This document shows positions 32,639 to 42,017 of a DNA stretch of 49,134 nucleotides, piece after piece. The notes under the pieces were generated by a model, which ran no database searches, was not told the DNA's origin, and was given only the letters and a program-made list of their open reading frames with translations. The stretch is from Eubacteriales bacterium. Lineage in GTDB: Bacteria > Bacillota > Clostridia > Oscillospirales > CAG-272. The DNA lies in assembly GCA_045587785.1 (NCBI GenBank), contig JAZNDA010000053.1, forward strand, positions 1 to 49,134. Reading direction: 5' to 3'. Numbering within the stretch: position 1 is the stretch's first letter; every line of letters starts with the position of its first letter. A program made the position numbers and the translations under genes.

Positions 32639-35170
32639 ATGAAAAAGATACTTGCCATTGACGGAAACAGCATTTTGAACCGTGCTTTTTACGGGATCAA
32701 ATTGCTGAGCAACCGAAATGGTGTTTATACCAATGCCGTTTACGGTATGGTCAATATCGTGACAAAGCAAATAGAACAGCTCTCCCCCGACTGCGCTGTT
32801 GTGGCGTTCGACGTCAGAAAGCCCACCTTCCGTCACAAGCTGTACGATCAATATAAGGCAGGACGGCATGAAACACCGCCCGAGCTTTTGATGCAGTTTC
32901 CGATTGCCAAGCAGTGCATGGAGGCGCTGGGGCTTGCTACGGTGGAAATGGAAGGCTATGAGGCAGATGACATTCTGGGTACGGTGGCGGCAATGGCGGA
33001 GCGCGAGGAGGATTGCCATGCGTATCTTTTGACGGGTGACAGGGATTCACTTCAGTTGATCTCGGAGCACACCACCGTTCTTTTGGCAACCAATCAGGAC
33101 ACTTTGAACTTTGACCGCGCGGCTTTCCGCGAAAAATACGGGGTGGATGCGTCCCAGTATGTAGACGTTAAAGCACTGATGGGCGATAGCTCCGATCATA
33201 TCCCCGGTGTGGCGGGGATCGGTGAAAAGACCGCCCTTAAGCTGATCTCGGAGTTTGGAAGTTTAGATGCGCTTTATGACGCGCTTCCCGCAAAGAGCCT
33301 TACCGCGGCGACCAACCAAAAGCTGCAAAACGGCAAGGAAAGCGCATATTTGTCGCAGACTCTCTCGCGCATCGTCGCCGACGTGCCCGTGCCTGCATCA
33401 CTTGAAGATATTGCGTACCGCGGTGTGGACAAGGCGCGCGCATATGAGCTCTTTACCGAGCTTGAGTTTTCGGCGTTTGTAAAACGATTTGCACTTCAGG
33501 AGCAGCCAAAGTCTTGCTCCGCGGCGGCAGAGGCTTTGGAGATCGTTTCGGTGGATGCCGTAGCACTGAGAAAGGCACTGGCGGGTATCGAGCTTGTGGC
33601 GATCAGCATGAGTGAGACAGGTCTGCAGTTTTCTGACGGATGCCATTATTTTGAATACTCTGCGGAGCCTTTCGATATTTCAGATATTCTGATGTCGGAC
33701 AAGCATAAAGTTATTTGCTATGATTGTAAATCGCTGTATAAAAAACTCAGTGCCGCAGGAGTGGATTTCAGAGGCGCCTATCATGACGTCATGCTGGGAG
33801 CGTACGTTTTAAACCCTGCGGAAAGCTCGTTTTCTTTTGAGCGTCTTTGTGCGGCATATCTTGGAATAAACGCCGAGCATGAGGATATCCGTTATTTGTT
33901 TGCTTTGTATGAGGCGATCTCGGAGAAGATCGATCAAAACGGACAGCAGGATCTGCTGTATCGCATGGAAATGCCCTTGGCGTCGGTCCTTGCCGATATG
34001 GAGATCTGCGGATGCCGTGTGGACATGGAGGGCCTGAAAGATTACGGTCAAAAGCTTTTGGCACTTGAGGAGCAATATAAGGAGCGCATTTACTACCACG
34101 CGGGCGGAGAATTCAACGTGAATTCGCCCAAGCAGCTGGGCGAGGTGCTGTTTGACCGTTTGATGCTTCCCACCGCCAAAAAGACCAAGAACGGATATTC
34201 CACAAGTGCGGAGATTTTGGAAAAACTTCGTCCGTATCATCCCATTATCGAGGACATACTGGACTATAGGCAGGTGGCAAAGCTTCGCGGCACCTATGCA
34301 GAGGGGCTTACGCAGGCGGCGGACGGGAACGGAAAGATCCACACCTGTTTTAAGCAAACGGGAACGGCAACGGGACGTCTTTCGTCCAGTGAGCCGAATC
34401 TGCAGAATATCCCCATTAAAACCGAACTGGGGAGGGAATTCAGACGCTTTTTCTTGGCGAGTAACGAGGACTATGTGTTGATCGATGCCGACTATTCTCA
34501 GATCGAGCTTAGGATCCTTGCCGCCATCTCTGAGGACAGCACCATGACCGAGGCGTTTCTCACGGGTGTGGACATTCATACCTCTACCGCTTGCAAGGTA
34601 TTTGGTGTAAAGGCAGAAGAGGTGACCACCGAGCTTCGCAAGCGAGCCAAGGCAGTCAATTTCGGTATCGTATACGGCATTGGAGACTTTTCGCTGGCGG
34701 CTGATCTCGGTATTTCCAGAGCGGATGCCAGAGCGTATATCGACAGCTATCTTGCCACGTATCCTAAGGTAGACGAATATTTGAAGAATGTCATTTCACA
34801 GGCTTATGACAAGGGATACGTGACCACAAAATTCGGGCGCAGACGCTATATTCCCGAGCTTGCCGAGAAAAATAAAATGCGCCGTGCATTTGGCGAGCGT
34901 GTTGCCATGAACAGCCCCATCCAAGGGACGGCGGCGGATATCATCAAGCTTGCTATGATCCGCGTGGCAGACCGATTAAAACGCGAAAATTTAGATGCAA
35001 GGTTGATCTTGCAGGTGCACGACGAGCTTTTGGTAGAGGCACACAAGAGCTGTGCCGACAAAGTATACGCGCTTTTGAAGCAGGAAATGGAAAATGCAGA
35101 TGAAAAGCTGCTTTCGGTGCCTCTTTGCGCCGAGGTGGGCGTGGGACAGAATTGGTATGAATGTCATTGA
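32639..35170 (+). CDS. polA: DNA polymerase I
   Basis: 843 aa. The N-terminal domain is a 5'-nuclease (LAIDGNSILNRAFYG). Family A polymerase motifs are present (DYSQIELRILA, RRxAKAVNFGIVYG, QVHDELLVE). Confidence 0.95.
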   Translation: MKKILAIDGNSILNRAFYGIKLLSNRNGVYTNAVYGMVNIVTKQIEQLSPDCAVVAFDVRKPTFRHKLYDQYKAGRHETPPELLMQFPIAKQCMEALGLATVEMEGYEADDILGTVAAMAEREEDCHAYLLTGDRDSLQLISEHTTVLLATNQDTLNFDRAAFREKYGVDASQYVDVKALMGDSSDHIPGVAGIGEKTALKLISEFGSLDALYDALPAKSLTAATNQKLQNGKESAYLSQTLSRIVADVPVPASLEDIAYRGVDKARAYELFTELEFSAFVKRFALQEQPKSCSAAAEALEIVSVDAVALRKALAGIELVAISMSETGLQFSDGCHYFEYSAEPFDISDILMSDKHKVICYDCKSLYKKLSAAGVDFRGAYHDVMLGAYVLNPAESSFSFERLCAAYLGINAEHEDIRYLFALYEAISEKIDQNGQQDLLYRMEMPLASVLADMEICGCRVDMEGLKDYGQKLLALEEQYKERIYYHAGGEFNVNSPKQLGEVLFDRLMLPTAKKTKNGYSTSAEILEKLRPYHPIIEDILDYRQVAKLRGTYAEGLTQAADGNGKIHTCFKQTGTATGRLSSSEPNLQNIPIKTELGREFRRFFLASNEDYVLIDADYSQIELRILAAISEDSTMTEAFLTGVDIHTSTACKVFGVKAEEVTTELRKRAKAVNFGIVYGIGDFSLAADLGISRADARAYIDSYLATYPKVDEYLKNVISQAYDKGYVTTKFGRRRYIPELAEKNKMRRAFGERVAMNSPIQGTAADIIKLAMIRVADRLKRENLDARLILQVHDELLVEAHKSCADKVYALLKQEMENADEKLLSVPLCAEVGVGQNWYECH

Positions 35171-35185
35171 CAAAGGAGGGCTGAC

Positions 35186-35719
35186 ATGAAGAAGCTGAAT
35201 ACATCCGAGCTTGCACTGCATGCGGGGGAGCTTCGGGTAGGCGATGAGATCTTGCTTAGCGGTACGGTATATACCGCCCGCGATGCGGTGCATAAAAAAT
35301 TTGCCGCACTGATCGAGGAAGGCAAGCCGCTTCCCATTGAGATGCAAGGAGCGGTTATCTACTATGCGGGACCAACGCCCTCCAAAAACGGACTTGCCGT
35401 GGGGTCTTGCGGACCTACTACGTCTTCCCGTATGGACAAGCATACACCCATGCTTCTTAGGAGAGGGCTTACTGCCATTATCGGCAAAGGTGAGAGAAAC
35501 GGAGAGGTCGTGGATGCCATTCGAAAAAACGGATCGGTCTATTTTTGCGCCATCGGAGGTGCGGGAGCACTTTATGCAAGCTGTATCAAGTCTTGTGAGG
35601 TCGTGGCGTTTGAGGAGCTTGGCTGTGAGTCGCTCAAAAAAATGACGGTGGAAGACTTTCCGCTGATCGTGGGTGTTGACTGTAGCGGCGGAAATATTTT
35701 TGATAGGAAACGGGTATGA
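35186..35719 (+). CDS. Fe-S hydro-lyase beta subunit (class I fumarate hydratase / L(+)-tartrate dehydratase beta type), orphan
   Basis: 177 aa. GTVYTARDAVHKK...YYAGPTP...GPTTSSRMD...IGKGER is typical of FumA C-terminal/TtdB proteins. No alpha-subunit gene lies adjacent. Confidence 0.8.
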   Translation: MKKLNTSELALHAGELRVGDEILLSGTVYTARDAVHKKFAALIEEGKPLPIEMQGAVIYYAGPTPSKNGLAVGSCGPTTSSRMDKHTPMLLRRGLTAIIGKGERNGEVVDAIRKNGSVYFCAIGGAGALYASCIKSCEVVAFEELGCESLKKMTVEDFPLIVGVDCSGGNIFDRKRV

Positions 35720-36618
35720 ATATCGGAGAAAAAATAAAAAACCTTCGCACGTCCAAGATGATGACGCAAAATGAGCTTGCAGGGACGCAGATTACAAGAA
35801 ATATGCTCAGCCTGATCGAAAAGGGAAAGGCGGTGCCGTCGCTTCAAACGCTGTTGTATCTTGCCGAAAAGCTAAAGGTCTCGGCGGGATACCTGCTGGC
35901 GGACGAGGCAGAGTCGGTCTTCTTTCGGAAAGCGGAGAGAATTGACGAAATTCGTTTGGCGTACCGTAGGAAAAATTACGGGATCTGTCTGGATCTTTGT
36001 CAGAAGCTTTTGAATGAGGCAGGCGAGGATGACGAATTGAATCTTTTGATGGCAGAGGCATCCCTTGAGGTTGCCAAGGAGGATTTTTTTGCCGACCGCT
36101 TACATGCTTCCTGTGAGAGGTTGGATGATGCGGTGATGTATGCCGATCGTTCTTCGTATCGCACGGAGCATCTGAGAGCGGAGGCAGAGCTCTATTTTTC
36201 ATATCTTGAAAATTTGTCGCCTTCTTTTATATCGGAGCATATAGATGCCTCCGAGGCTTTGACGGGGGATTATGGCTATATTCCTTTGAAGGATGATTTT
36301 TGCAGATACATTATGGCACTTCGCGCAACCGAGGACAAGGATGAAAAAGGGGTGCGGCTGTATCTCGAGCAAGCGGGGGACAGAGAGCTTCCTCTGGTCA
36401 AGCACATTTTGGCACTCTCATGTATGGCAAAGGGCGAGTACGAGATGGCGGCAACCCATTTGACGGATATTCTTCGCAGTGAGGACAGTGTCTCGGGCAC
36501 CTTTCTTTACTATGTGTTCGGAAGTCTTGAGGTCTGCTGTCGAAAGCTTGACAATCACAAAAATGCTAAGCTGTATGCCGAGGCAAGAGCCTCGCAGTTT
36601 GAACGCCTGCTGTCATGA
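35716..36618 (+). CDS. XRE-family HTH transcriptional regulator with a TPR-like helical C-terminal domain
   Basis: The N-terminal HTH_3 region reads IGEKIKNLRTSKMMTQNELA...MLSLIEKGKAVPSLQTLLYLAEKLKVSAGYLL. About 230 aa of helical repeats follow. ATGA overlaps at both ends. Confidence 0.8.
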   Translation: MNIGEKIKNLRTSKMMTQNELAGTQITRNMLSLIEKGKAVPSLQTLLYLAEKLKVSAGYLLADEAESVFFRKAERIDEIRLAYRRKNYGICLDLCQKLLNEAGEDDELNLLMAEASLEVAKEDFFADRLHASCERLDDAVMYADRSSYRTEHLRAEAELYFSYLENLSPSFISEHIDASEALTGDYGYIPLKDDFCRYIMALRATEDKDEKGVRLYLEQAGDRELPLVKHILALSCMAKGEYEMAATHLTDILRSEDSVSGTFLYYVFGSLEVCCRKLDNHKNAKLYAEARASQFERLLS

Positions 36619-36980
36619 GAATGAAAACCAATTTTTTGTGTATTCTTTTGCTTTGCTGTATGCTCGCGCTATGCGCGTGCGGTGAGAGTGGGAACACGGT
36701 GATCTACAACGGACGGGAGCTTAGTGAAAGCGAGATCCAAAGCATGCTGCATCGGGAAACCGAGCGGGAAACAAAGCCCGCGGCAACGCTTACGGCATAT
36801 GACGGTCAAACGGAGACACCCGATGAGGACAGCGTATATTGGACGGCAGGCGGAAGCGTATTTCATGTTTGGTCATCCTGTCAGCATTTGAATAATAAAA
36901 AGGTATATTACGGAACGGTGGAGAACGCTGTTTCCGAGGGCAAGCTGCGCGTCTGCTCGGTTTGCTCCCAAAAATCATAG
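36615..36980 (+). CDS. Lipoprotein with a C-terminal His/Cys motif
   Basis: Lipobox LALCAC. The C-terminus FHVWSSCQHL...GKLRVCSVCSQ matches the recurrent Firmicute motif YH..C..L....A...G...C..C. Confidence 0.7.
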   Translation: MRMKTNFLCILLLCCMLALCACGESGNTVIYNGRELSESEIQSMLHRETERETKPAATLTAYDGQTETPDEDSVYWTAGGSVFHVWSSCQHLNNKKVYYGTVENAVSEGKLRVCSVCSQKS

Positions 36981-36995
36981 ATGGAGGAATGGGTT

Positions 36996-37511
36996 ATGGA
37001 ATTCACAAAGGCAACGAAAAAGGATCTTGACAAAGTGATGCAGATCATTGCGGATGCGCGCACCAGAATAGGGAAGCTTGGCATTGACCAGTGGCAGTAC
37101 GGCTATCCGACCAGAGATATTGTGAGGGAGGACATCGAGCTTGAGAGGTTCTATGTCGGCAAGGAGGGTGGAGACATTCTTTCGGTCTTTGTTGTGATCA
37201 GGGATGGCGAACCGACTTATGACGTCATTTACAACGGTGAATGGCTGACGGGTGACAGCCGCAACTATGTGGCGGTTCACCGTATTGCCGTATCAGGCGA
37301 TGCGGTCAGACGCGGTATTGCATCCCAGACGCTTGGCTTTGTGGCGTCGGTAGCCATCAAAGAGGGGTTTGACAGCATACGAATCGACACTCACGAGGGC
37401 AATACGCCCATGAGGGGAATGCTGGAGAGAAACGGATTTGTCCACTGCGGAACCGTCTATCTGACAGGTGGCGAGAAGCGTGTGGCATATGAAAAGAAAT
37501 TTGAGGTCTGA
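36996..37511 (+). CDS. GNAT-family N-acetyltransferase
   Basis: Acetyl-CoA motif VAVHRIAVSGDAVRRGIASQTL. GGAGG lies 7 nt upstream of this ATG. Confidence 0.8.
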   Translation: MEFTKATKKDLDKVMQIIADARTRIGKLGIDQWQYGYPTRDIVREDIELERFYVGKEGGDILSVFVVIRDGEPTYDVIYNGEWLTGDSRNYVAVHRIAVSGDAVRRGIASQTLGFVASVAIKEGFDSIRIDTHEGNTPMRGMLERNGFVHCGTVYLTGGEKRVAYEKKFEV

Positions 37512-37517
37512 GGTGTC

Positions 37518-37994
37518 ATGGCACAAAAAAAGTCACAGGGAAAGATCATAGCGCAAAATAAAAAAGCATATCACGATTATTTTGTGGACGAAAAATATGA
37601 AGCGGGAATCGCGCTTTACGGCACCGAGGTCAAGAGTTTGAGAGCAGGGACGGTCAATCTGAAGGACTCCTATTGCGAGGTCAAGGGCGGTGAGCTGTTT
37701 GCGGTCGGTTTTCATATCAGTCCGTATGACCACGGCAATATCTTCAATCATGAGCCGATGAGAGACAAAAAGCTCTTGATGCACAAAAAGGAGATCCTTA
37801 AGCTTCACGGTCTTGTGTCGCAAAAGGGCTTTACGCTCGTGCCGCTGTCGCTGTATTTCAGCGGATCCAAGGTCAAAATGGAGGTCGGACTTTGTCGGGG
37901 TAAAAAGCTGTACGACAAGAGGGACGATATGGCGAAAAACGATGCCAAGCGCACCATGGAGAGAACCTTCAAAAACCAAAAATACGACGGTTGA
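37518..37994 (+). CDS. smpB: SsrA-binding protein
   Basis: NKKAYHDYF..EKYEAGIAL.GTEVKSLR is the canonical SmpB sequence. Confidence 0.95.
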   Translation: MAQKKSQGKIIAQNKKAYHDYFVDEKYEAGIALYGTEVKSLRAGTVNLKDSYCEVKGGELFAVGFHISPYDHGNIFNHEPMRDKKLLMHKKEILKLHGLVSQKGFTLVPLSLYFSGSKVKMEVGLCRGKKLYDKRDDMAKNDAKRTMERTFKNQKYDG

Positions 37995-38061
37995 TGTTTT
38001 GTAAAAGGAGAACATTTGTGGGTTTTGAAAAAATCAGAGAACAAATAGGATAGGAAAAAAT

Positions 38062-39216
38062 ATGGGATATGATGTTTCTTTGGTAAAATGTGACAGCTAT
38101 GATGAGGACGAGGTCAAAGCGGCACTGACAGAAGCGATAGACGCCATTGGCGGCTTGGATTTTGTGAGGGAAGGGATGACGATTGCCATTAAGACCAATC
38201 TTGTTTCGGCAATGACACCCGAGACTGCCGCTACCACGCACCCGACTATGCTGTCAGAGCTCATAAAGCTTCTTTTTGAGCGCGGCGCGGGTAAGGTGAT
38301 CGTTGGCGACAGCCCCGGAGGACTTTATAACGCCGCCTTTGTGGGGCACGTATATAAGGTGACGGGCATGAGGGAACTGGAAAAGGTTGGCGCGAAGCTG
38401 AATGACGATTTTTCTCAGACCGAGACCGATTATAAAGAGGGTAAAGTGCTCCATCGTTTTACTTACACGGCGTATTTAGACAAAGCCGATGCCGTTATTG
38501 ACTTTTGCAAGCTCAAAACACACGGGATGATGGGCATGTCGGCGGCGGCAAAAAATATGTTCGGTGTTATCCCCGGTGTCATGAAGCCCGAATATCATTA
38601 CCGATTCCCAAAGCACGAGGATTTCGCGAATATGATCGTGGACCTTGACAGCTTTTTCAATATCAAGCTTTGCATTTGTGATGCCGTTATCGGCATGGAG
38701 GGCAACGGTCCCACCATGGGAACGCCGCGAAAGATCGGCGCGGTGTTAGCGTCTGCCTCGCCGCATGCGCTTGACCTTGTGGCGGCATCGCTGATCGGTC
38801 TGAAAAAGGAAAACGTCCCCACGCTGGAGGCGGCGTTTGAAAGGGAGCTTATTCCTGCCGACGTCTCGGCACTTTCGGTTTATGGCGATCCCAAGCAGTT
38901 TTATATTTCCGATTTTCACAATCTTCCCGCCAATAAGAGCGTGGAGTTTAAAAAGGAATCCACCCAGTTTTTTGGCAAGCTGTCAAGACTGTTTATGTCC
39001 TCGGCACTTCGTTCAAAGCCCGTGGTGAAAAAGGGAGAGTGCGTAGGCTGCGGTGTGTGCAAAAACATCTGTCCCGCCAAAGCTATCGTTATGAAAAACG
39101 GCAAGCCCGTGATCGACAGAAAGCTGTGTATCCGTTGCTTCTGCTGTCAAGAGTTTTGCCCCAAGGGGGCAATGAAAGTCAGCCGTACCCTTATCGCCAG
39201 GCTTTTGACCAAATAA
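38062..39216 (+). CDS. DUF362-domain protein with a C-terminal 2x[4Fe-4S] ferredoxin domain
   Basis: Two CxxCxxCxxxCP motifs (CVGCGVCKNICP, CIRCFCCQEFCP). The N-terminal ~300 aa are typical of DUF362. Confidence 0.75.
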   Translation: MGYDVSLVKCDSYDEDEVKAALTEAIDAIGGLDFVREGMTIAIKTNLVSAMTPETAATTHPTMLSELIKLLFERGAGKVIVGDSPGGLYNAAFVGHVYKVTGMRELEKVGAKLNDDFSQTETDYKEGKVLHRFTYTAYLDKADAVIDFCKLKTHGMMGMSAAAKNMFGVIPGVMKPEYHYRFPKHEDFANMIVDLDSFFNIKLCICDAVIGMEGNGPTMGTPRKIGAVLASASPHALDLVAASLIGLKKENVPTLEAAFERELIPADVSALSVYGDPKQFYISDFHNLPANKSVEFKKESTQFFGKLSRLFMSSALRSKPVVKKGECVGCGVCKNICPAKAIVMKNGKPVIDRKLCIRCFCCQEFCPKGAMKVSRTLIARLLTK

Positions 39217-39220
39217 AACA

Positions 39221-39259
39221 AAAAATCTTCCGTATCCGACAGGGTACGGAAGATTTTTT
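39221..39259. terminator. Bidirectional terminator
   Basis: AAAAAATCTTCCGTA ... TACGGAAGATTTTTT between convergent genes. Confidence 0.85.
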
Positions 39260-39273
39260 ATGTTTCGAATGAA

Positions 39274-39495
39274 TTAAAGACTTTCAAGATATGTGACGAC
39301 GTCGCCAACCGTGACAAGCTTGTGAACGTCTTCGTCGTTGATCTCAATGCCAAGTTTGTCTTCGCAAAGCATGACAAGGTCTGCAAGCTCAATGGAATTG
39401 ATGCCAAGATCACCCGAAAGCTCCGCATCAAGCGTGATGTCATTCTCGTCGATAGAAAGCTCATCCACAAGGAGTTGCTTCAGTTTTTCAAACAT
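39274..39495 (-). CDS. Acyl carrier protein (stand-alone)
   Basis: 73 aa with the phosphopantetheine attachment motif DLGINSIEL. The start was moved to the ATG behind GGAGG. Confidence 0.8.
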   Translation of the reverse strand: MFEKLKQLLVDELSIDENDITLDAELSGDLGINSIELADLVMLCEDKLGIEINDEDVHKLVTVGDVVTYLESL

Positions 39496-39562
39496 AGTTT
39501 TTTCCTCCAAAAGATTATCCGAACTTTAGATTTCACAGTGTAAAATACAGTAAAGACACTAT

Positions 39563-39591
39563 ATTATACCTTATTATGCTCGGTTTGTCAA
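39563..39591 (-). promoter_or_regulatory. Consensus sigma-A promoter of the ACP gene
   Basis: On the - strand: TTGACA, 17 nt of spacer, then TATAAT, a perfect match to consensus. Confidence 0.65.
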
Positions 39592-39636
39592 GGTTTTTTT
39601 CAAAATTCCTTAATTGCCATGGATCTGTGTTATTTT

Positions 39637-42003
39637 TTATGAATTTTTGCCCGCTGATGACCGTTCGATTTTTTGATGATTGAAGTTGCCGATCTTGCGT
39701 AGCATCTCGCCCTCACGGCTGTGACAGGTGAAAAGCAAGCTTTGCGTGCCGTCCGCTGTATAGTTAAACAGCATATTGAGCATGGCAAAGGTGCGGTCGT
39801 CGTCAAGCTGTGCAAAGCTTTCGTCAAAAATGAGAGGCGGCATACTTTCCTGCCCGAGTAGCTCGGCGAGTGCTATGCGCAAACAGATGTAGGCGGCGTC
39901 CTTTGTGCCTTTGCTCAGAGCATCGATGTTTCTGGTCATGTGGTCGGCTATCACTGTAATTTTCATATCGGCAGAAACCCCAAGATCGCGGTATCTGCCG
40001 CCTGTCAGTATGTCCATCAGCTCGCCCGCGCGTATCCTCAGCTTGGGGGTTACGTTGCACCTTAGATTTTCAGATGCGGCACTCAGTGTATCGTATGCCG
40101 TGATGATGGCATTGTATTTCAAGCGATTTTTCTCAAGCTCCTCTTTGACCTCTGCAAGCTTTGCGCTTACCTTTGCGGGATTTTCGGAGGTGGAGGAAAG
40201 TGCGATCAGCTCTTTTTCGGTGGCGATTTTTTTCTGCTCGTTCAGACTATGCTGTGTTTTGCTGTAGTTATAGCTAAGACGGATCTTTTCAATGTCAAAG
40301 CCGTCAAGGATGTCCGAAAGAGAATACGTGCCGAGTGCGGCTTTGAGCGATGTCTCGTCTTGGTCGCCAAGATACGTGCGAAGCTCACCCATCAGCCCCA
40401 CAAGTGTGTCGAGCTTGCTTTCGATCTTTTCTCTTTCATGGCAGATCTCGGAAAAGCTTTCGTGCGTCTGATACAGTCTGTCAAGAAGGGCATTTGGAGA
40501 ATCATCTTCGCGGGGAACTCCGATGGAATCCAGCGCGTGAACCGCGTTTGAGACCGCTTTTTTCAGCTGTTCCTCTTTGTCCTCAAGAAGCTGTGCGGCA
40601 GATGCATTCGCCGTGTCATACTGATGGCATAGCTCATGGTTTTTACGGCAGATCTCAATATGCTCTGTCAGCGAGGATATGCCGATCGAGGCGTCGGACA
40701 GACCGATCTTTCCGATCAGCTGTGCGATTTTTTTCGATGCACTAAGACATGCGGACAGCGCTCCTACACCACAGGCAAGTAAGACCGCACCCGCGGCAAG
40801 AAGATAGTAAGAGAGCGAGCCAAGCGTAGAAAAACGGTCAAAGATCGTGGCAAATGCGACCGCACTGCCGATCAGCAAAGCACCGAGAATAAACCCAATG
40901 ACCGAAAAAGCCTTGTTGCGACCTCGGCGGCGCACATGTGTGAGAAACTGCGCGCAAAGCGTTTGCTTGCCACCCTCGCGGTCGGTCTTTTCATAAAACG
41001 CGGCAAGTTCGCGGTCGCCGCAGGGGGATTGCTTGGTCTTTTCCAAAGTTTCTTTGGCAAATTCGCGGCTTTTCTGAGCATCACTGAGCGAATCGGACAG
41101 CTGCTTGAGAGCAGACAGCGTCTCGCGGTCGGGCAGAGCATCGCGATAGCCCTTTTCACGGCAGAGCGTTTTTAAATCATTTTCCAGAGCCGCGTGCTGT
41201 GCCTCATAAGCATGAAGTGTTTCAAAACGTCTGAGCGCAGTTGCCGTATCGTACAGGGCGATCTGTGCCTCGGCTTGCTCTGCCTGTTTTTTTGCTTTTT
41301 CTGAAACCGCCTTCAGCTTTTCGACCGCCGCTTCTTTGGCGATTATGCTTTGGGCGTTTTGTTTGGCGGTCTCAAGGCGACTCTCCAACAGTGTTTTCTG
41401 TGTCTCCAGTTCAAATAGCTTGCCGCCTTTTCCGTTTTTGTAAAGGAGAGAGCGGCGCAGATCATCCAGCTTACCGCTCACCTTTTGCGTGTCGATCTCC
41501 TGATCTGCGGAAAACAGCAGATTTTCGATCGAAGCGTTGATCTCATCGCTGTTCATGGCACTGCATTCCAGCTGTCTTATGCAGGCGGTGGTAAAGAACA
41601 TCTCGGTACTCATGCCAAGAAAGACCTTGCCGGGCACCTCGCCCTTAAAGACCTCCATGCCGCTTTCAAGCTCAAAGATATGACAGCTTTCGGTGTAGCT
41701 TTCCCGTGCGCCCGAGGAACGCAGATGCCCGTGGCGTTCGATGCGGTAGCCCTTGTTTTGATGTACGATCTCCATACTGCCCTCCGCGGCACCGTTTTGC
41801 CAGCTCAGGGCACGCTCGCGTTCGCTGACAGTTTCGCCTGCCGCACGTCTTGGCAGACCGTAAAGCATAAAGCGGATAAAGGCAAGAATGGTACTTTTGC
41901 CTGATTCATTGGCACCCTCGATCAGATTGATGCCGTCCGAAAAACGGAAGTCTCTGTCCAAAAGGGAGCCGAACTCGCCAATATGAATAGAACGAATATA
42001 CAT
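39637..42003 (-). CDS. yhaN: SbcC/Rad50-like AAA ATPase of the YhaN (SbcE) type, with a central membrane hairpin
   Basis: Walker A is GANESGKST. A long charged, probably helical, central region is interrupted by two hydrophobic helices (about residues 381-437 of the track ORF). The C-terminal Walker B/D-loop is PLIFDESFAQLDD. GAGAGGAG RBS. Confidence 0.75.
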   Translation of the reverse strand: MYIRSIHIGEFGSLLDRDFRFSDGINLIEGANESGKSTILAFIRFMLYGLPRRAAGETVSERERALSWQNGAAEGSMEIVHQNKGYRIERHGHLRSSGARESYTESCHIFELESGMEVFKGEVPGKVFLGMSTEMFFTTACIRQLECSAMNSDEINASIENLLFSADQEIDTQKVSGKLDDLRRSLLYKNGKGGKLFELETQKTLLESRLETAKQNAQSIIAKEAAVEKLKAVSEKAKKQAEQAEAQIALYDTATALRRFETLHAYEAQHAALENDLKTLCREKGYRDALPDRETLSALKQLSDSLSDAQKSREFAKETLEKTKQSPCGDRELAAFYEKTDREGGKQTLCAQFLTHVRRRGRNKAFSVIGFILGALLIGSAVAFATIFDRFSTLGSLSYYLLAAGAVLLACGVGALSACLSASKKIAQLIGKIGLSDASIGISSLTEHIEICRKNHELCHQYDTANASAAQLLEDKEEQLKKAVSNAVHALDSIGVPREDDSPNALLDRLYQTHESFSEICHEREKIESKLDTLVGLMGELRTYLGDQDETSLKAALGTYSLSDILDGFDIEKIRLSYNYSKTQHSLNEQKKIATEKELIALSSTSENPAKVSAKLAEVKEELEKNRLKYNAIITAYDTLSAASENLRCNVTPKLRIRAGELMDILTGGRYRDLGVSADMKITVIADHMTRNIDALSKGTKDAAYICLRIALAELLGQESMPPLIFDESFAQLDDDRTFAMLNMLFNYTADGTQSLLFTCHSREGEMLRKIGNFNHQKIERSSAGKNS

Positions 42004-42017
42004 AAAAAGCTCCTCTC

